A DNA stretch of 64,000 nt from Longimicrobiales bacterium. GTDB lineage: Bacteria; Gemmatimonadota; Gemmatimonadetes; Longimicrobiales; Gaopeijiaceae. The notes under the pieces were generated by a model that was given only the letters and a program-made list of their open reading frames with translations, was not told the DNA's origin and searched no databases. Below are positions 48,013 to 59,969 of the stretch, piece by piece (position 1 is the stretch's first letter; each line of letters opens with the position of its first letter). The stretch lies in the NCBI GenBank assembly GCA_965204735.1, contig OZ242008.1, positions 2,400,001-2,464,000 of the forward strand, given 5' to 3'. The position numbers and the translations under genes were made by a program.

Positions 48013-51000
48013 TCAGCCGGCGGCGGCGCCCGCCTGGTCTTGCGGCTGCTCCAGGCGGACGCCGACGATCGACGACACGCCCGGCTCCTCCATCGTCACG
48101 CCGTATATCCAGTCCGCCGCCTCGATGGTGCGGGGGTTGTGGGTGATCACCACGAACTGGGTGCGGGCCTTGAAGCCCTGGAGGAGGCGGATGAAGCGGC
48201 CGATGTTGGACTCGTCCAGGGGCGCGTCCACTTCGTCCAGCACGCACAAGGGGCTGGGCTTGACCAAGTAGATGCCGAAGAGGAGGGAAAGGGCGGTGAG
48301 GGCCCTCTCGCCGCCGGAGAGCAGGTCGATCCGCTGGGTGCGCTTGCCCCGCGGGGCCGCATGGATCTCCACCGGGGACTCGAGGGGGTTCTCCGGGTCC
48401 GCCAGCCAAAGGCTCGCCTCGCCGCCGCTGAAGAGGTGCCGGAAGGTGTCCTGGAAGTTCTTTCGGATCGCCTCGAAGCTGGTCATGAAGAGCTCCGTGG
48501 CGGTGGCGTTGATCCGTCGGATCGCCGCGCGGAGGTCGTCCCTGGCTGCCGCCAGGTCCTCCTGCTGCTGGGAGAGGAACTCCAGGCGAGCACTCTCTTC
48601 GGCGTGCTCCTCGACCGCCAGCATGTTCACCGGACCGATCTTGGCCAAGCGCTCGACGATCTCGGCAAGCTCGGCGCGCAGGTCGTCCGCGGCGCCCTCC
48701 ACCGGCTCCGCTTCCTCGAGGAGCGCTTCCAGCGGGCGGCCCCACTCCCCTTCCAGCCGCTCCCGGACCCGCTCCGCCCGGTTGCGGGCGTCCTGGCGCT
48801 CCAGCTCCAGCCGGTGCCCCGCGTCGGCGGCCTCCCGCTCGGCCTGGCGGATCGTCCGCACCCGGCGCTCGGCCTCCATGACGGCCTCCGACGCCTCGCG
48901 CAGCGCTTCGTCGCGCTCGGCCAGCACGCCCTTGGCCTGGTCGCGTTCCCGAAAGAGCCGCTCCGCCCGCTCCCCGCCCTGCCGGCTGGACCGGCGCGCC
49001 GCCTCCAGCTCGTCGGCCAGCCGCGCCGACTCGCGGCCGAGCTCGGCCGTCCCCGAGGCGGCCTGCTCCATCGCCTGGGAAACGTCGGACACCCGGCCCC
49101 GCAGACGCTCGACCTGGCTCTCCAGGCGCGCAGCCCGGATCGCCGCCTCCGACTCGGCGTCGCGGGCCTGCTCCCACTCGGCGTCCACGGCGACGAGGGC
49201 GGTCCGGCGCTCGTCCACGCGCACCGCGAGATCGCTCTCTTCCTGGACGAGGCGGGCGCCTTCCGCCTCCGCCTCGCGCTCCCGGGCGGCGGCCTTCTCC
49301 CGGGCCGCCTTGGTCCCGGCCAGCTGACGGGCGAGCTCCTCCTGACGGCGGTCCAGGCGACGGTGGCGGTCGGTGTGGGCCGCGGCTTCCGAGTCGGCGG
49401 CGCGGGCCTCGTCCCGGGCCTCGAGGAGGCGCTCCGAAGCGGTGTCGGTCTCGGACTCGCAGCGGGCGTGGTCCTCCTCGAGGGCCGCCCGCGCCGACCG
49501 CGCATCCTCCAGCTCCCGACGCGCCGCCTCCCGGTCGGTCTCCAGCGACTCGATCCGATCTCGGCGCTCAAGGGCACCCGCGTCGCCGGCGGCCCGGCCG
49601 GGAAGCAGATGGACGGTGCCGAGGGAGTCGGCCCACCTGCGGGCGGCGACGGTCCCTTCCGCGACGCCGGACACGTCCGCGCCGGACACGTCCACGCCGC
49701 CCAGCAGCGCCCGAACCCAGGGGGCGCCCTCGCCGTAGGCCGAGACCCCGGCGGGAAGCGCGCCCCGCGGCCGAGGGGCTGCGTCCAGGGGCAGAAGCGC
49801 AAGAGGGGCCTGGGCCACGGCGCCGGAGCAGTACCACTCCTCCAGCCGTTCGACGGCGCCCCCGTTCCGCACCACCAGAGCCGAGCCGAAGCGGCCCAGG
49901 GCGTCGTCCACGACCCGCGCGGAAGCGCCGGCGACCCGCACGAAGTCGGGCAACGCCCCGGCGACCAGCTCGGGGAAGGCCCCCCGGGCGGCCGCGGCCA
50001 GCGCTTCCGTTCCCTCGCCGGCCTCCACCGCCCGCCGAAGGGCGGCGAGCTCGGCGTCCAGGGCGGAAAGCCCGGCTTCCGCGTTCCGCTCCCGCTCCCG
50101 CGCCCGGCGCAGCTCTTCCCGGAGCAGCTCCAGCCGCCGCCGACTGCCGTCGAACTCCCGGGAGGCCTTGGTCGCCTTGGCCGCCGCCTCGGTCGTGCGC
50201 ACCGAGAAGAGGTCGCCCTGGCTCCGAAGCTCCTTCAAGGCCCCCGCGCCCTCCCGGGCGTCGCGGGCCAGCCGCTCGAGTCGCCGCCCCAGCTCTTCCT
50301 CCTGGATGCGCGCCGCCGTCCGGTTCCCCTCCGCCCGGGCGATCCGCGTGGAGACGGCGCGGACGCGCTCCTCCAGCTCGCGAAGCTCGCGCCGGGCGGC
50401 GTCGAGTCGCCCGCGAACCTGGGCCACCTTGTTGCTGCGATCCTTTAGGTCGGACTGCACAACTTCAAGCGCAGATTGACTTTGCGCCTGTTCTTCCGAG
50501 TATCCGGCCAGCTCGTCCTGGGAACGCACGCGGAGCTTGGCCAGCCGCTCCTGCTCCGTCGCGACCTGCTCCGCCCGGCGTTCGGCGGCGGCGATCCGCT
50601 CCCGGGCCACCGCCACCTCCGTCTCCACGCCCGCCAGCTCGGTCCGCACGGCGTCGAACCGTCCGGCGGCCTCCACTCGCCCCTTCTCCGAGTCGATCTG
50701 CGCCAGTCGAGCCTTCTCCAGGTCGGCCTCGGCCGCTCCCAGGCGGGCCGCAACCCCCGCGCCCTCCTCGCGTCCGCTCTCGAGCAGCCCGTCCAGCTCG
50801 GCCAAGCGCGCGTCGAGAAGCTCCAAGTCGATCCTCACCACGGCCGCCTCGACGCCCAGGCGCCGGGCGCGCAGCTCCTGCCACCGCTGGGCCTTCCCCT
50901 TCTGGCGGGCCAACGAGCGCACCTTGGTGCGGACCTCGGCGATCACGTCCTCGACCCGCTGAAGGTCCACCTCGGAGGTCTCCAGCCGGCGCAGGGCCGC

Positions 51001-51525
51001 GCGACGCCGGTCCTTGTACTTCCCGATTCCCGCCGCCTCCTCGAAGAGGGAGCGGCGCTCGTCGGTGCGCTCCGAGAGGATCGCGTCGATCATCTTGATC
51101 TCGATCACCGCGTAGGCGTTGGCGCCGAGCCCCGTGTCCCGGCAGAGGTCGACGATGTCGCGCAGGCGGCAGGCGGTCCGGTTGAGGGTGTAGTCGCTTC
51201 CCCCGTCCCGGTAGACGGTCCGCCCGATCTCCACTTCCTCGAAGGGGGTGGGCAGCACGCCGTCCTCGTTGGAGACGGCCATGGCGACGGAGGCCCGGTT
51301 CACCGGCTTGCGGGACGCGGCGCCCTGGAAGATCACCTCCTCCATCTTCGCTCCCCGGATGGCGGAGGGGCGCTGCTCTCCCAGCACCCAGCGGATGGCG
51401 TCGCCGATGTTGGACTTGCCGCAGCCGTTGGGTCCCACCACGGCGGTGATCCCGTCGTGGAACTCGATGCGGGTGGAGTCGGGGAAGGACTTGAAGCCGT
51501 GGACGCGGAGGGAACGCAGCTTCAT
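48013..51525 (-). CDS. smc: Chromosome segregation protein SMC
   Basis: GFKSF, GPNGCGKSN, coiled coils, LSGGE, LDEVDAPLD. Confidence 0.97.
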   Translation of the reverse strand: MKLRSLRVHGFKSFPDSTRIEFHDGITAVVGPNGCGKSNIGDAIRWVLGEQRPSAIRGAKMEEVIFQGAASRKPVNRASVAMAVSNEDGVLPTPFEEVEIGRTVYRDGGSDYTLNRTACRLRDIVDLCRDTGLGANAYAVIEIKMIDAILSERTDERRSLFEEAAGIGKYKDRRRAALRRLETSEVDLQRVEDVIAEVRTKVRSLARQKGKAQRWQELRARRLGVEAAVVRIDLELLDARLAELDGLLESGREEGAGVAARLGAAEADLEKARLAQIDSEKGRVEAAGRFDAVRTELAGVETEVAVARERIAAAERRAEQVATEQERLAKLRVRSQDELAGYSEEQAQSQSALEVVQSDLKDRSNKVAQVRGRLDAARRELRELEERVRAVSTRIARAEGNRTAARIQEEELGRRLERLARDAREGAGALKELRSQGDLFSVRTTEAAAKATKASREFDGSRRRLELLREELRRARERERNAEAGLSALDAELAALRRAVEAGEGTEALAAAARGAFPELVAGALPDFVRVAGASARVVDDALGRFGSALVVRNGGAVERLEEWYCSGAVAQAPLALLPLDAAPRPRGALPAGVSAYGEGAPWVRALLGGVDVSGADVSGVAEGTVAARRWADSLGTVHLLPGRAAGDAGALERRDRIESLETDREAARRELEDARSARAALEEDHARCESETDTASERLLEARDEARAADSEAAAHTDRHRRLDRRQEELARQLAGTKAAREKAAAREREAEAEGARLVQEESDLAVRVDERRTALVAVDAEWEQARDAESEAAIRAARLESQVERLRGRVSDVSQAMEQAASGTAELGRESARLADELEAARRSSRQGGERAERLFRERDQAKGVLAERDEALREASEAVMEAERRVRTIRQAEREAADAGHRLELERQDARNRAERVRERLEGEWGRPLEALLEEAEPVEGAADDLRAELAEIVERLAKIGPVNMLAVEEHAEESARLEFLSQQQEDLAAARDDLRAAIRRINATATELFMTSFEAIRKNFQDTFRHLFSGGEASLWLADPENPLESPVEIHAAPRGKRTQRIDLLSGGERALTALSLLFGIYLVKPSPLCVLDEVDAPLDESNIGRFIRLLQGFKARTQFVVITHNPRTIEAADWIYGVTMEEPGVSSIVGVRLEQPQDQAGAAAG

Positions 51526-51956
51526 GGGGCCGCTTGGCCGCCGGGCGGCCGTGGACCAGGGACGGGAGCCTCCGAGTGGTCGGCGTCGGCGGAAGGCGGG
51601 GGCTCGTCCATGGGCAGCGCCGTGGCGTCGCCCCAGAGGGCCTCCAGCCTGTAGAACTCCCGCACCGGCGCGTGGAAGACGTGGACCACGTAGTCGATGT
51701 AGTCGAGGAGGATCCACCGCCCGTCGTCCTTGCCTTCCACATGGTCGGGACGGACGCCGGCCGCCTTCGCGGAGTCGAGCACGTGGTCGGCGATGGCCTT
51801 TACCTGCACGTCGGAACGACCGCTGGCGATCACGAAGAAGTCGGTGGCCGACGAGAGTTCGCGCAAGTCCAGGACCACGACCTCTTCCGCCTTCCTGTCG
51901 AGGGCGCAGCGAACCGCGGCCCGGACCTCGGCGGGCACGCGTTCGGAGGCGGTCAA
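51522..51956 (-). CDS. rsfS: Ribosome silencing factor
   Basis: DRKAE.V.VLD, DFFVIASG, WILLDY.DYVVHVF, FYRLEALW. Confidence 0.94.
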   Translation of the reverse strand: MTASERVPAEVRAAVRCALDRKAEEVVVLDLRELSSATDFFVIASGRSDVQVKAIADHVLDSAKAAGVRPDHVEGKDDGRWILLDYIDYVVHVFHAPVREFYRLEALWGDATALPMDEPPPSADADHSEAPVPGPRPPGGQAAP

Positions 51957-52408
51957 ACCTGCTCGGCCTCCACGACGACGCGCACTTCCACTTCCACCTC
52001 CGAGCCCAGCCGGAGGGCGACGCGGTACTCGCCCACGGCCTTGATCGGTTCGTCCAGGGCCACGTGCCGCGGATCCACCTCGAAGTCGGTTCCGGACCGC
52101 GTCGCCTCTTCGGCGATCTCCCGCCGGCCGACGGAGCCGAAGAGCCTGCCTTCCTCGCTGGCCCGGGCTTGGACGGCGAACGTCTTCCCCTCCAGCTGGG
52201 AGGCGCGGCGCCGCGCCTCGAGGTAGTCCCGGCGCGCCCGCTCGTCCTGCCGGCGGCGCTCTTCCTCGATCATCTTGACGGCTGCTTCGGTGGCCCGGTA
52301 GGCCAGCCCCTTCGGGATGAGGTAGTTGCGGGCGTACCCGGGCTTCACGTTCACGACCTGGCCGGTCGAGCCCAGGTGGTCCACGTCCTCGCGCAGGATG
52401 AGTCTCAT
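51953..52408 (-). CDS. rplI: 50S ribosomal protein L9
   Basis: VKPGYARNYLIP, GRLFGSV. Confidence 0.97.
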   Translation of the reverse strand: MRLILREDVDHLGSTGQVVNVKPGYARNYLIPKGLAYRATEAAVKMIEEERRRQDERARRDYLEARRRASQLEGKTFAVQARASEEGRLFGSVGRREIAEEATRSGTDFEVDPRHVALDEPIKAVGEYRVALRLGSEVEVEVRVVVEAEQV

Positions 52409-52409
52409 G

Positions 52410-53249
52410 TCAGGCCCCGTGATCCTTCATGTACGGGATCAGCGCCAGGTATCGGGCCCGCTTGATCGCCGCGCCCAGGCGGCGCTGGAAGCGGGCGGTC
52501 ACCTTGGTGGTGCGCTTCGGGAGGATCCTGCCCTGCTCCGTCAGGAAGCGGGACAAGGTGGTCACGTCCTTGTAGTTGAGGAGGACGATGGGCGGCCCTT
52601 CGTGGCGACGGCGACGGCCTCGGGCGCCGGCGAACTCGGGAGGGCCGGAGCGGGGCGGCGGCGCCTCGGCGGCCTCTTCCGCCCCGTCCGATTCGCCGGC
52701 TTGCTCGCCTTCGGAGCCGCCCGCGTCCCCACGGGCGGCGGCGGGAGTCCCCTGGGCGGCGGCCGCGGCCTGGCGGACGACGGCATCGCCTTCGTCGGCG
52801 CTCTCCGCCTCCTGGCGGGCGCTGCGGGCCTCGTCGGCGTGGTCGCTCGGGGCGTCCTTGGCGGGCGCTCCCGCAGGCGCCTGTCCCTCGGCTGCTTCGG
52901 GGCCCCGGTCCCCGCCTTCGTCCTGCGCGACCGTCGGAGGATCCGCCAGGACGGAAGCCCCCGACGTGGGCTGGCCCTCGTTCGCGACGATCAGGTGCCT
53001 CACCGTCTCCTCGTCCAGGCGCAGCAGCCGCTCCAGCTCGGGAAGAGAGGTCGGGTCGGCTTCCACGTGGACGACGGCGTAGTAGGCGGTCGTCCTCTTG
53101 CCGATGGGGTAGGCCAGCTGGCGGAGGCCCCAGTGGTCCACGGCGGAGACCTCGCCGTCCAGCGCGGCGTGGAAGGTCTCCAGCTTGGCGTCCACGGCGC
53201 TCCGCTCCAGGCCGGCGTCCAGAATGTAGACGATCTCGTATGCTCGCAT
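52410..53249 (-). CDS. rpsF-rpsR: Fused 30S ribosomal proteins bS6-linker-bS18
   Basis: aa 1-92 bS6 (MRAYEIVYIL, WGLRQLAYPI, VRHLIV); aa ~212-279 bS18 (NYKDV..L.RFLTEQGRILPKR.T, QRRL..AIKRARYLALIPY); one frame, no stop. Confidence 0.92.
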   Translation of the reverse strand: MRAYEIVYILDAGLERSAVDAKLETFHAALDGEVSAVDHWGLRQLAYPIGKRTTAYYAVVHVEADPTSLPELERLLRLDEETVRHLIVANEGQPTSGASVLADPPTVAQDEGGDRGPEAAEGQAPAGAPAKDAPSDHADEARSARQEAESADEGDAVVRQAAAAAQGTPAAARGDAGGSEGEQAGESDGAEEAAEAPPPRSGPPEFAGARGRRRRHEGPPIVLLNYKDVTTLSRFLTEQGRILPKRTTKVTARFQRRLGAAIKRARYLALIPYMKDHGA

Positions 53250-53366
53250 TTTCGCGGGAAGCTCCCTCGGACCGCGGTGGGTTGGCGGGCTCCGCCGTTC
53301 CCGGACGGAGCGGGCAAAGCTGCTGGCGAAAGATAGCGCGGACGAAGCCGGGAGCGGAAGGGGCGG

Positions 53367-55226
53367 TGTCGTACCAATTTAGAAATGTCCGGTCTTACCA
53401 AGATAGAAATGTCCTCTTTCGGGCGATGTTCGGCGGGAGTCGAACTCGTGCCCGGGAGAGGAGCGAATGGAGTTGAGCTTGAAGGAGCGGGACCGGATCT
53501 CGGTGTTGAGGCAGGTGAGCGAAGGCGTGCTGGCGGCGGCCGACGGCGCGGCGCGCTTCGGGGTGACGGAGCGTCACTTCCGGCGCGTGCGCCGCCGGTT
53601 CGAGGCGGCGGGCGACGAGGTGGTCGTGCACGGGCTCCGGGGTCGGAGGTCGAACCGGTCGCTGCCGTCGGAGACGCGGGAGCAGGTGCTGGTCATGGCC
53701 AGGGACCCCGACTACGCCGACTTCGGCGCCACGTTTCTGGCGGAGCACGTCGAGCGGGAGCTGGGCGTGCGCGTCAGCGCGGAGACGCTGCGGGCATGGC
53801 GGAAGGGCGCGGGCTTGTGGCAGCGCAAGCGCAAGCGGGCGAAGCACCGGCGCCGACGGCCGCGTCGCGCCGCGCGGGGCGAGCTGCTCCAGTGGGACAG
53901 CTCGGTTCACGCCTGGCTTGAAGACCGGGGGCCGCCCGACCTCGTGCTGATCGCGCTGCACGACGACGCGACGAGCGGGTTCATGCACGGTCGCTTCGTC
54001 GAGCGCGACACGGGCGCCGCGAATCGGCGAGCGATCGTCGAGTGCCTCGAACGCCACGGCCGTCCGAGGGCGGTGTACGTGGACCACGCGGGCCACTTCG
54101 GGCAGCGCCTCGGCCCGGAGGGCAAGCGGACCCGGACGATCATCGGCACGGCGCTGGAGAAGCTGGGCGTCGAGGTGGTCCTGGCGAACTCGCCGCAGGC
54201 GAAGGGCCGGGTCGAGCGGACGTTCGGCACGGCGCAGGACCGGCTGGTCAAAGAGATGCGCTTGGCGCGAGTCACCACGCTCGAGGCGGCGAACCGCTAC
54301 TTGGAGGAGCGGTGGGTTCCGTTCTGGAACGAACGCTTCACGGTGGCGCCGGCCGATCCCCTCGACGCCCATCGCCCGCTGCCTCAGGACATCGATCTGG
54401 AAGCCCTCTTCGCCGAGACGGACACGCGGGTCGTGGCCCGCGACTTCACCGTGCGCTTCGAGAACCGCTTCTGGCAGGTCACGGCCCGCGACGCCGAGGC
54501 GGCCGGCGTCGCGCCGGGCTCCCCCGTCGTCGTCGAACGGCGCCTCTCGGGCGAGCTGCGCTTCCGGCATCGCGGCTGCTACCTGACGCCCAAGGCCTTG
54601 GGGGCGGTCCGGTCGGCGACGCCCAAGCCGGCGCCGGCGCCCGCGACGGCCAAGCCCAGGCCCAAGCCGCCGAAGCCGGGAAGGGATCACCCGTGGCGCA
54701 AGCACTTCAGCGCCAGCGTGGCCCAGGCCGTGGCCAAGCGGGAACACCGCGCCGCCCACTCCAACGGGACCGGTCCCGAGCGGTGCAGGACCTCGTCCTG
54801 AGCCTGCAGGCGGGGACGGCAGCTCGCACTCCCCTTCCCGCAAAGGTCGGACGCGACCGCAGTGTCGGCATCCGTGCCTCCGAGGCTTGCCGGCGCTGCG
54901 CAGGTCGCTCGGCGCACCACGACCGTCCGAGCTGGCAGGCTCAGTGCGAACTGCGAGCCATCGGGGCAGCAGTGTCCGGACCCGTCCGCGTTGGCGTCCA
55001 CCCGGCCAGAGCTTGGCCACGGCGACGACCTCGACTCGCCCGGCCGCCACTGGCCTTGAAGCGCCTGGAACAGGGCGCCCGGCGCCGTCCAGCCCAGGCT
55101 TGCTGGATCCGCGTGTCCTGCGCCCGACACCTGGCCCCCGGCCTCAGGAAGAACCCACCGTCCACACCATCAGGGGGGACATTTCTACTTTGGCCAACTA
55201 CCGGACATTTCTACTTTGGCTTGACA
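53367..55226 (+). mobile_element. Complete IS, IS1202-family-like (formerly ISNCY), 1860 bp
   Basis: TGTC..GACA ends, each with two TAGAAATGTCC blocks; 17-bp direct repeat gggagcggaaggggcgg at 53350-53366 and 55227-55243. Confidence 0.93.
53467..54801 (+). CDS. DDE transposase
   Basis: N-terminal HTH, HGLRGRRSNR, GELLQWDSS.H.W, DDAT, YVD, SPQAKGRVER.FGT.QDRL. Confidence 0.94.
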   Translation: MELSLKERDRISVLRQVSEGVLAAADGAARFGVTERHFRRVRRRFEAAGDEVVVHGLRGRRSNRSLPSETREQVLVMARDPDYADFGATFLAEHVERELGVRVSAETLRAWRKGAGLWQRKRKRAKHRRRRPRRAARGELLQWDSSVHAWLEDRGPPDLVLIALHDDATSGFMHGRFVERDTGAANRRAIVECLERHGRPRAVYVDHAGHFGQRLGPEGKRTRTIIGTALEKLGVEVVLANSPQAKGRVERTFGTAQDRLVKEMRLARVTTLEAANRYLEERWVPFWNERFTVAPADPLDAHRPLPQDIDLEALFAETDTRVVARDFTVRFENRFWQVTARDAEAAGVAPGSPVVVERRLSGELRFRHRGCYLTPKALGAVRSATPKPAPAPATAKPRPKPPKPGRDHPWRKHFSASVAQAVAKREHRAAHSNGTGPERCRTSS

Positions 55227-55380
55227 GGGAGCGGAAGGGGCGGGCTTGCTTCTGGCGCAGGAGGCCCGCCTTTTGTACGATAGGGCCTTGCGGGCGGTCC
55301 TCCGGGGTCGGCCGCGCGACCGTTGCGCCGAGCCGGGGAGAGGTCGGCGGCGGCCCACGAAACGAAAGGGCGCGTTCCCT

Positions 55381-55414
55381 TAAATGGACTTCACATCCTA
55401 AATGGACTTCACAT
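55381..55414. repeat. Tandem duplication (period 18) of a start-codon region
   Basis: taaatggacttcacat-cc-taaatggacttcacat. Confidence 0.92.
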
Positions 55415-56484
55415 TCGCCGGCGCTTCGCGAAGCGACACCTTCGGCTGGTTCGCCGAGGGGTTGCGGAGGGTGATGGAATCGCAGGGCCATCGCTACATC
55501 GACGAAGCGTCCGACGCCAAGCTCGTCGTCAACTTCTTTCCCAGGAACGAGCCTCGGCCGGTGCGCCGCCACGCCCAGTCGGTCTTCGTGTGCGCCGTCA
55601 CCGAGTTTCCCGACCCCTTCACGGACCCGATCCCGCAAGGCTACCCCACGCTGATCCGGGCGCTGGCGAACTTGGCCGTGGGACTGGTGCCGGGCCCCCA
55701 CGGCGACCCGGACGTCCACTTCGTCACTTTGGAGCAGGGGCACTACATCGTCTCGGGCAACGCCAACCGCGCCCACTACTTCGACAAGGTGTACGACCGG
55801 ATTCATCCCCTGGCGTCGTCCACCCTGGTCATCGAGAACTTCTTCGAGCCCGACCTGCCCAGGGAGCTGTGGGAGGGCGACGAGATCACCGAGTCGATCT
55901 ACCGGGCCGGCAAGAAGCTGGACGGCCTGGACCTGCTGCCGGCCCCCTTCCCCATGGACAAGCTCCTGCCGGAGAGGGACTTCCGTCACGTGAAGCGGCT
56001 CTTCGGGATCGGCGGCCTCTCGTACGGCAACGTGTCGGCGCGCTTCGACGACGACTGGTTCTGGATGAGCGCCAGCGGGGTGGACAAGTCCAACCTGCGC
56101 GAGATCGGCGCCCACATCCTGATGGTGAAGGACTACGACCCGGAGCGGAACGGGATGCGGGTCGGCCACCCCCCCGGCGTGGAGCCCCGGCGGGTGTCGG
56201 TGGACGCGATCGAGCATTGGATGATCTACCGGGAGCACCCCACGGTCGGGGCGATCCTTCACGTCCACGGCTGGATGGACGGCATCCCGTCCACCGAGTT
56301 CAACTTCCCCTGCGGGACCCGGGAGCTGGGCCAGGCGGTGGCGGACCTGGTGCGGGACGCCGACGACCCCGCCCGCTGCGTGGTCGGACTCAAGAACCAC
56401 GGCCTGACGATCACGGGAACAAGCCTGGACGAGATCTTCGAGCGGATCGACGGGCAGATCCTGCCGACGGTGCCGATGGCGTAG
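55402..56484 (+). CDS. Class II aldolase/adducin-family protein with N-terminal extension
   Basis: GNVSAR, MSASGVDK, SVDAIEH..IY, AILHVH, LKNHGL. Confidence 0.85.
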   Translation: MDFTFAGASRSDTFGWFAEGLRRVMESQGHRYIDEASDAKLVVNFFPRNEPRPVRRHAQSVFVCAVTEFPDPFTDPIPQGYPTLIRALANLAVGLVPGPHGDPDVHFVTLEQGHYIVSGNANRAHYFDKVYDRIHPLASSTLVIENFFEPDLPRELWEGDEITESIYRAGKKLDGLDLLPAPFPMDKLLPERDFRHVKRLFGIGGLSYGNVSARFDDDWFWMSASGVDKSNLREIGAHILMVKDYDPERNGMRVGHPPGVEPRRVSVDAIEHWMIYREHPTVGAILHVHGWMDGIPSTEFNFPCGTRELGQAVADLVRDADDPARCVVGLKNHGLTITGTSLDEIFERIDGQILPTVPMA

Positions 56485-56585
56485 GCGGTCGACCCCGAGC
56501 CTACGTGCTTCTCGAAGCGACCATGGCCAGCACTCGCCGGACCGGGCGCGGCTGAAACCATCTTGAACCGCGTCTACGCGGTCGA

Positions 56586-57844
56586 TCAGGCGGTCGCGGC
56601 TCCCGGCTCCATGACGGCCGCCTGCACCGCCGGGACCAGCGCCAAGTACCTGCCGTAGGCCCAGCGGGCGTCTTCCAGCTTCAGCCGCTCGGTGTTGGTG
56701 TGGGCGTGGCGCTCCAGGCCGGGGGCGAAGCCGATGGTGGGAATGCCGCGCACGCCGCAGGTCCAGCCGCCGTCGGTGGCGAAGGTCCAGGGGCGGACTC
56801 GGGCCGGGCGACTGCTCCCGCCCGCCTGCGCGCTTCGCGTTCCCACGGCGCGAGCCGCGGCCTGCACCACCGGATGGGCCGGGTCCATGAGGAAGCCTGG
56901 GCTCAGTATGCTCCGTTCCTCCTCCATGCCGGTGTACGCCCGCTGCCGCTCGGTGGCGAGGCGGAACTCCGCTGCGCCCCACTCCCCGACCGCGCCCGCT
57001 TCTCCGGCGGCGTCCAGCCTGGGCTGCACCGCCTCGCGCACTCGCGCCAGCAGGCTCTCCTTCGTGTCCGACGGCAGGATGCGCCAGTCCAGGGTCACGG
57101 TGACCCGGTCCGGGATCACGTTGAGGCTGGCGGGGGTCGCGTGGATTCCGGTGGCTGCCACCGAGGCCGAGCCCAGAACCGGGTCCTCGTCCTGGCGCCG
57201 GGCCAAGTCGCCCACGCCGGCCAGAACCGCCGGGAGGGCGTCCAGGGCGTTCCTGGCCCGCTCGGGCGCCGAGGCGTGGCCTGCCAGGCCCCGCACCGTG
57301 ATCTCGATCTCCGCCCTGCCCCGGTGGCCGATCGCGATGTCGCCGTTGGTGGATTCGCCGATGATCACCGCAGCCGGCCGCACTCCACCGTCGCGGCGGG
57401 TCAGGTGGTCCATGCCCCAGCCGCCGCGCTCCTCGAAGACGGGGTGCGCCACGATCACGTCGCCGGCCGCCTTGCCCTTCATGGCCGCGCCCACATGGGT
57501 CTGGAGCGCCAGAGGCCCCTTGATGTCCATGGCGCCCCGTCCGTGAAGGCAGCCGTCGGCGATCACGCCGTCGAAGGGCGGGTGCTCCCACTCGTCCAGG
57601 TCGCCGGCCGACACCATGTCCAGGTGGGCGCTGAGCATGACCGACGGCCCGTCGCCGCCCTTGATCAAGCCCACCACGCTGCCCAGCTCGTCGGTCCACA
57701 CCTCGTCGTAGCCCAGCGCCTCCATCTCGGCCACGACGCGCCGCACCAGCTCTCTCTCCTCGCCGGGAAGCGACGGGATGCGGATCAGGTCCTGGGCGAA
57801 GGCGACGGCCGAGTCGAAGGAGGGGGCGCCGCGACGCGCGCGCC

Positions 57845-57848
<4 letters not shown>
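56586..57848 (-). CDS. M20-family metallopeptidase/deacylase
   Basis: [28 protein letters not shown]. Confidence 0.9.
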
Positions 57849-59908
<2,060 letters not shown>

Positions 59909-59969
59909 GTTACTTGCCTTCCTTGCGTCTGCGAGTTTGCGAGTCCGTCGCTCCGGACCCGGTTGCGCC

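Noticed and set aside
53250..53349. S6:S18 autoregulatory leader RNA
   Set aside because: Expected by position, but I could not establish the conserved structure by eye; needs a covariance-model search.
54828..54841. 8-nt complementarity (ccccttcc) between the IS 3' region and its target duplication, suggesting RNA-guided targeting
   Set aside because: Too short to exceed chance in GC-rich DNA; DDE IS1202-type elements are not known to be RNA-guided.
54687..55130. 147-aa antisense ORF in the IS as a passenger gene
   Set aside because: No motif or RBS; overlaps the transposase; composition looks non-coding.
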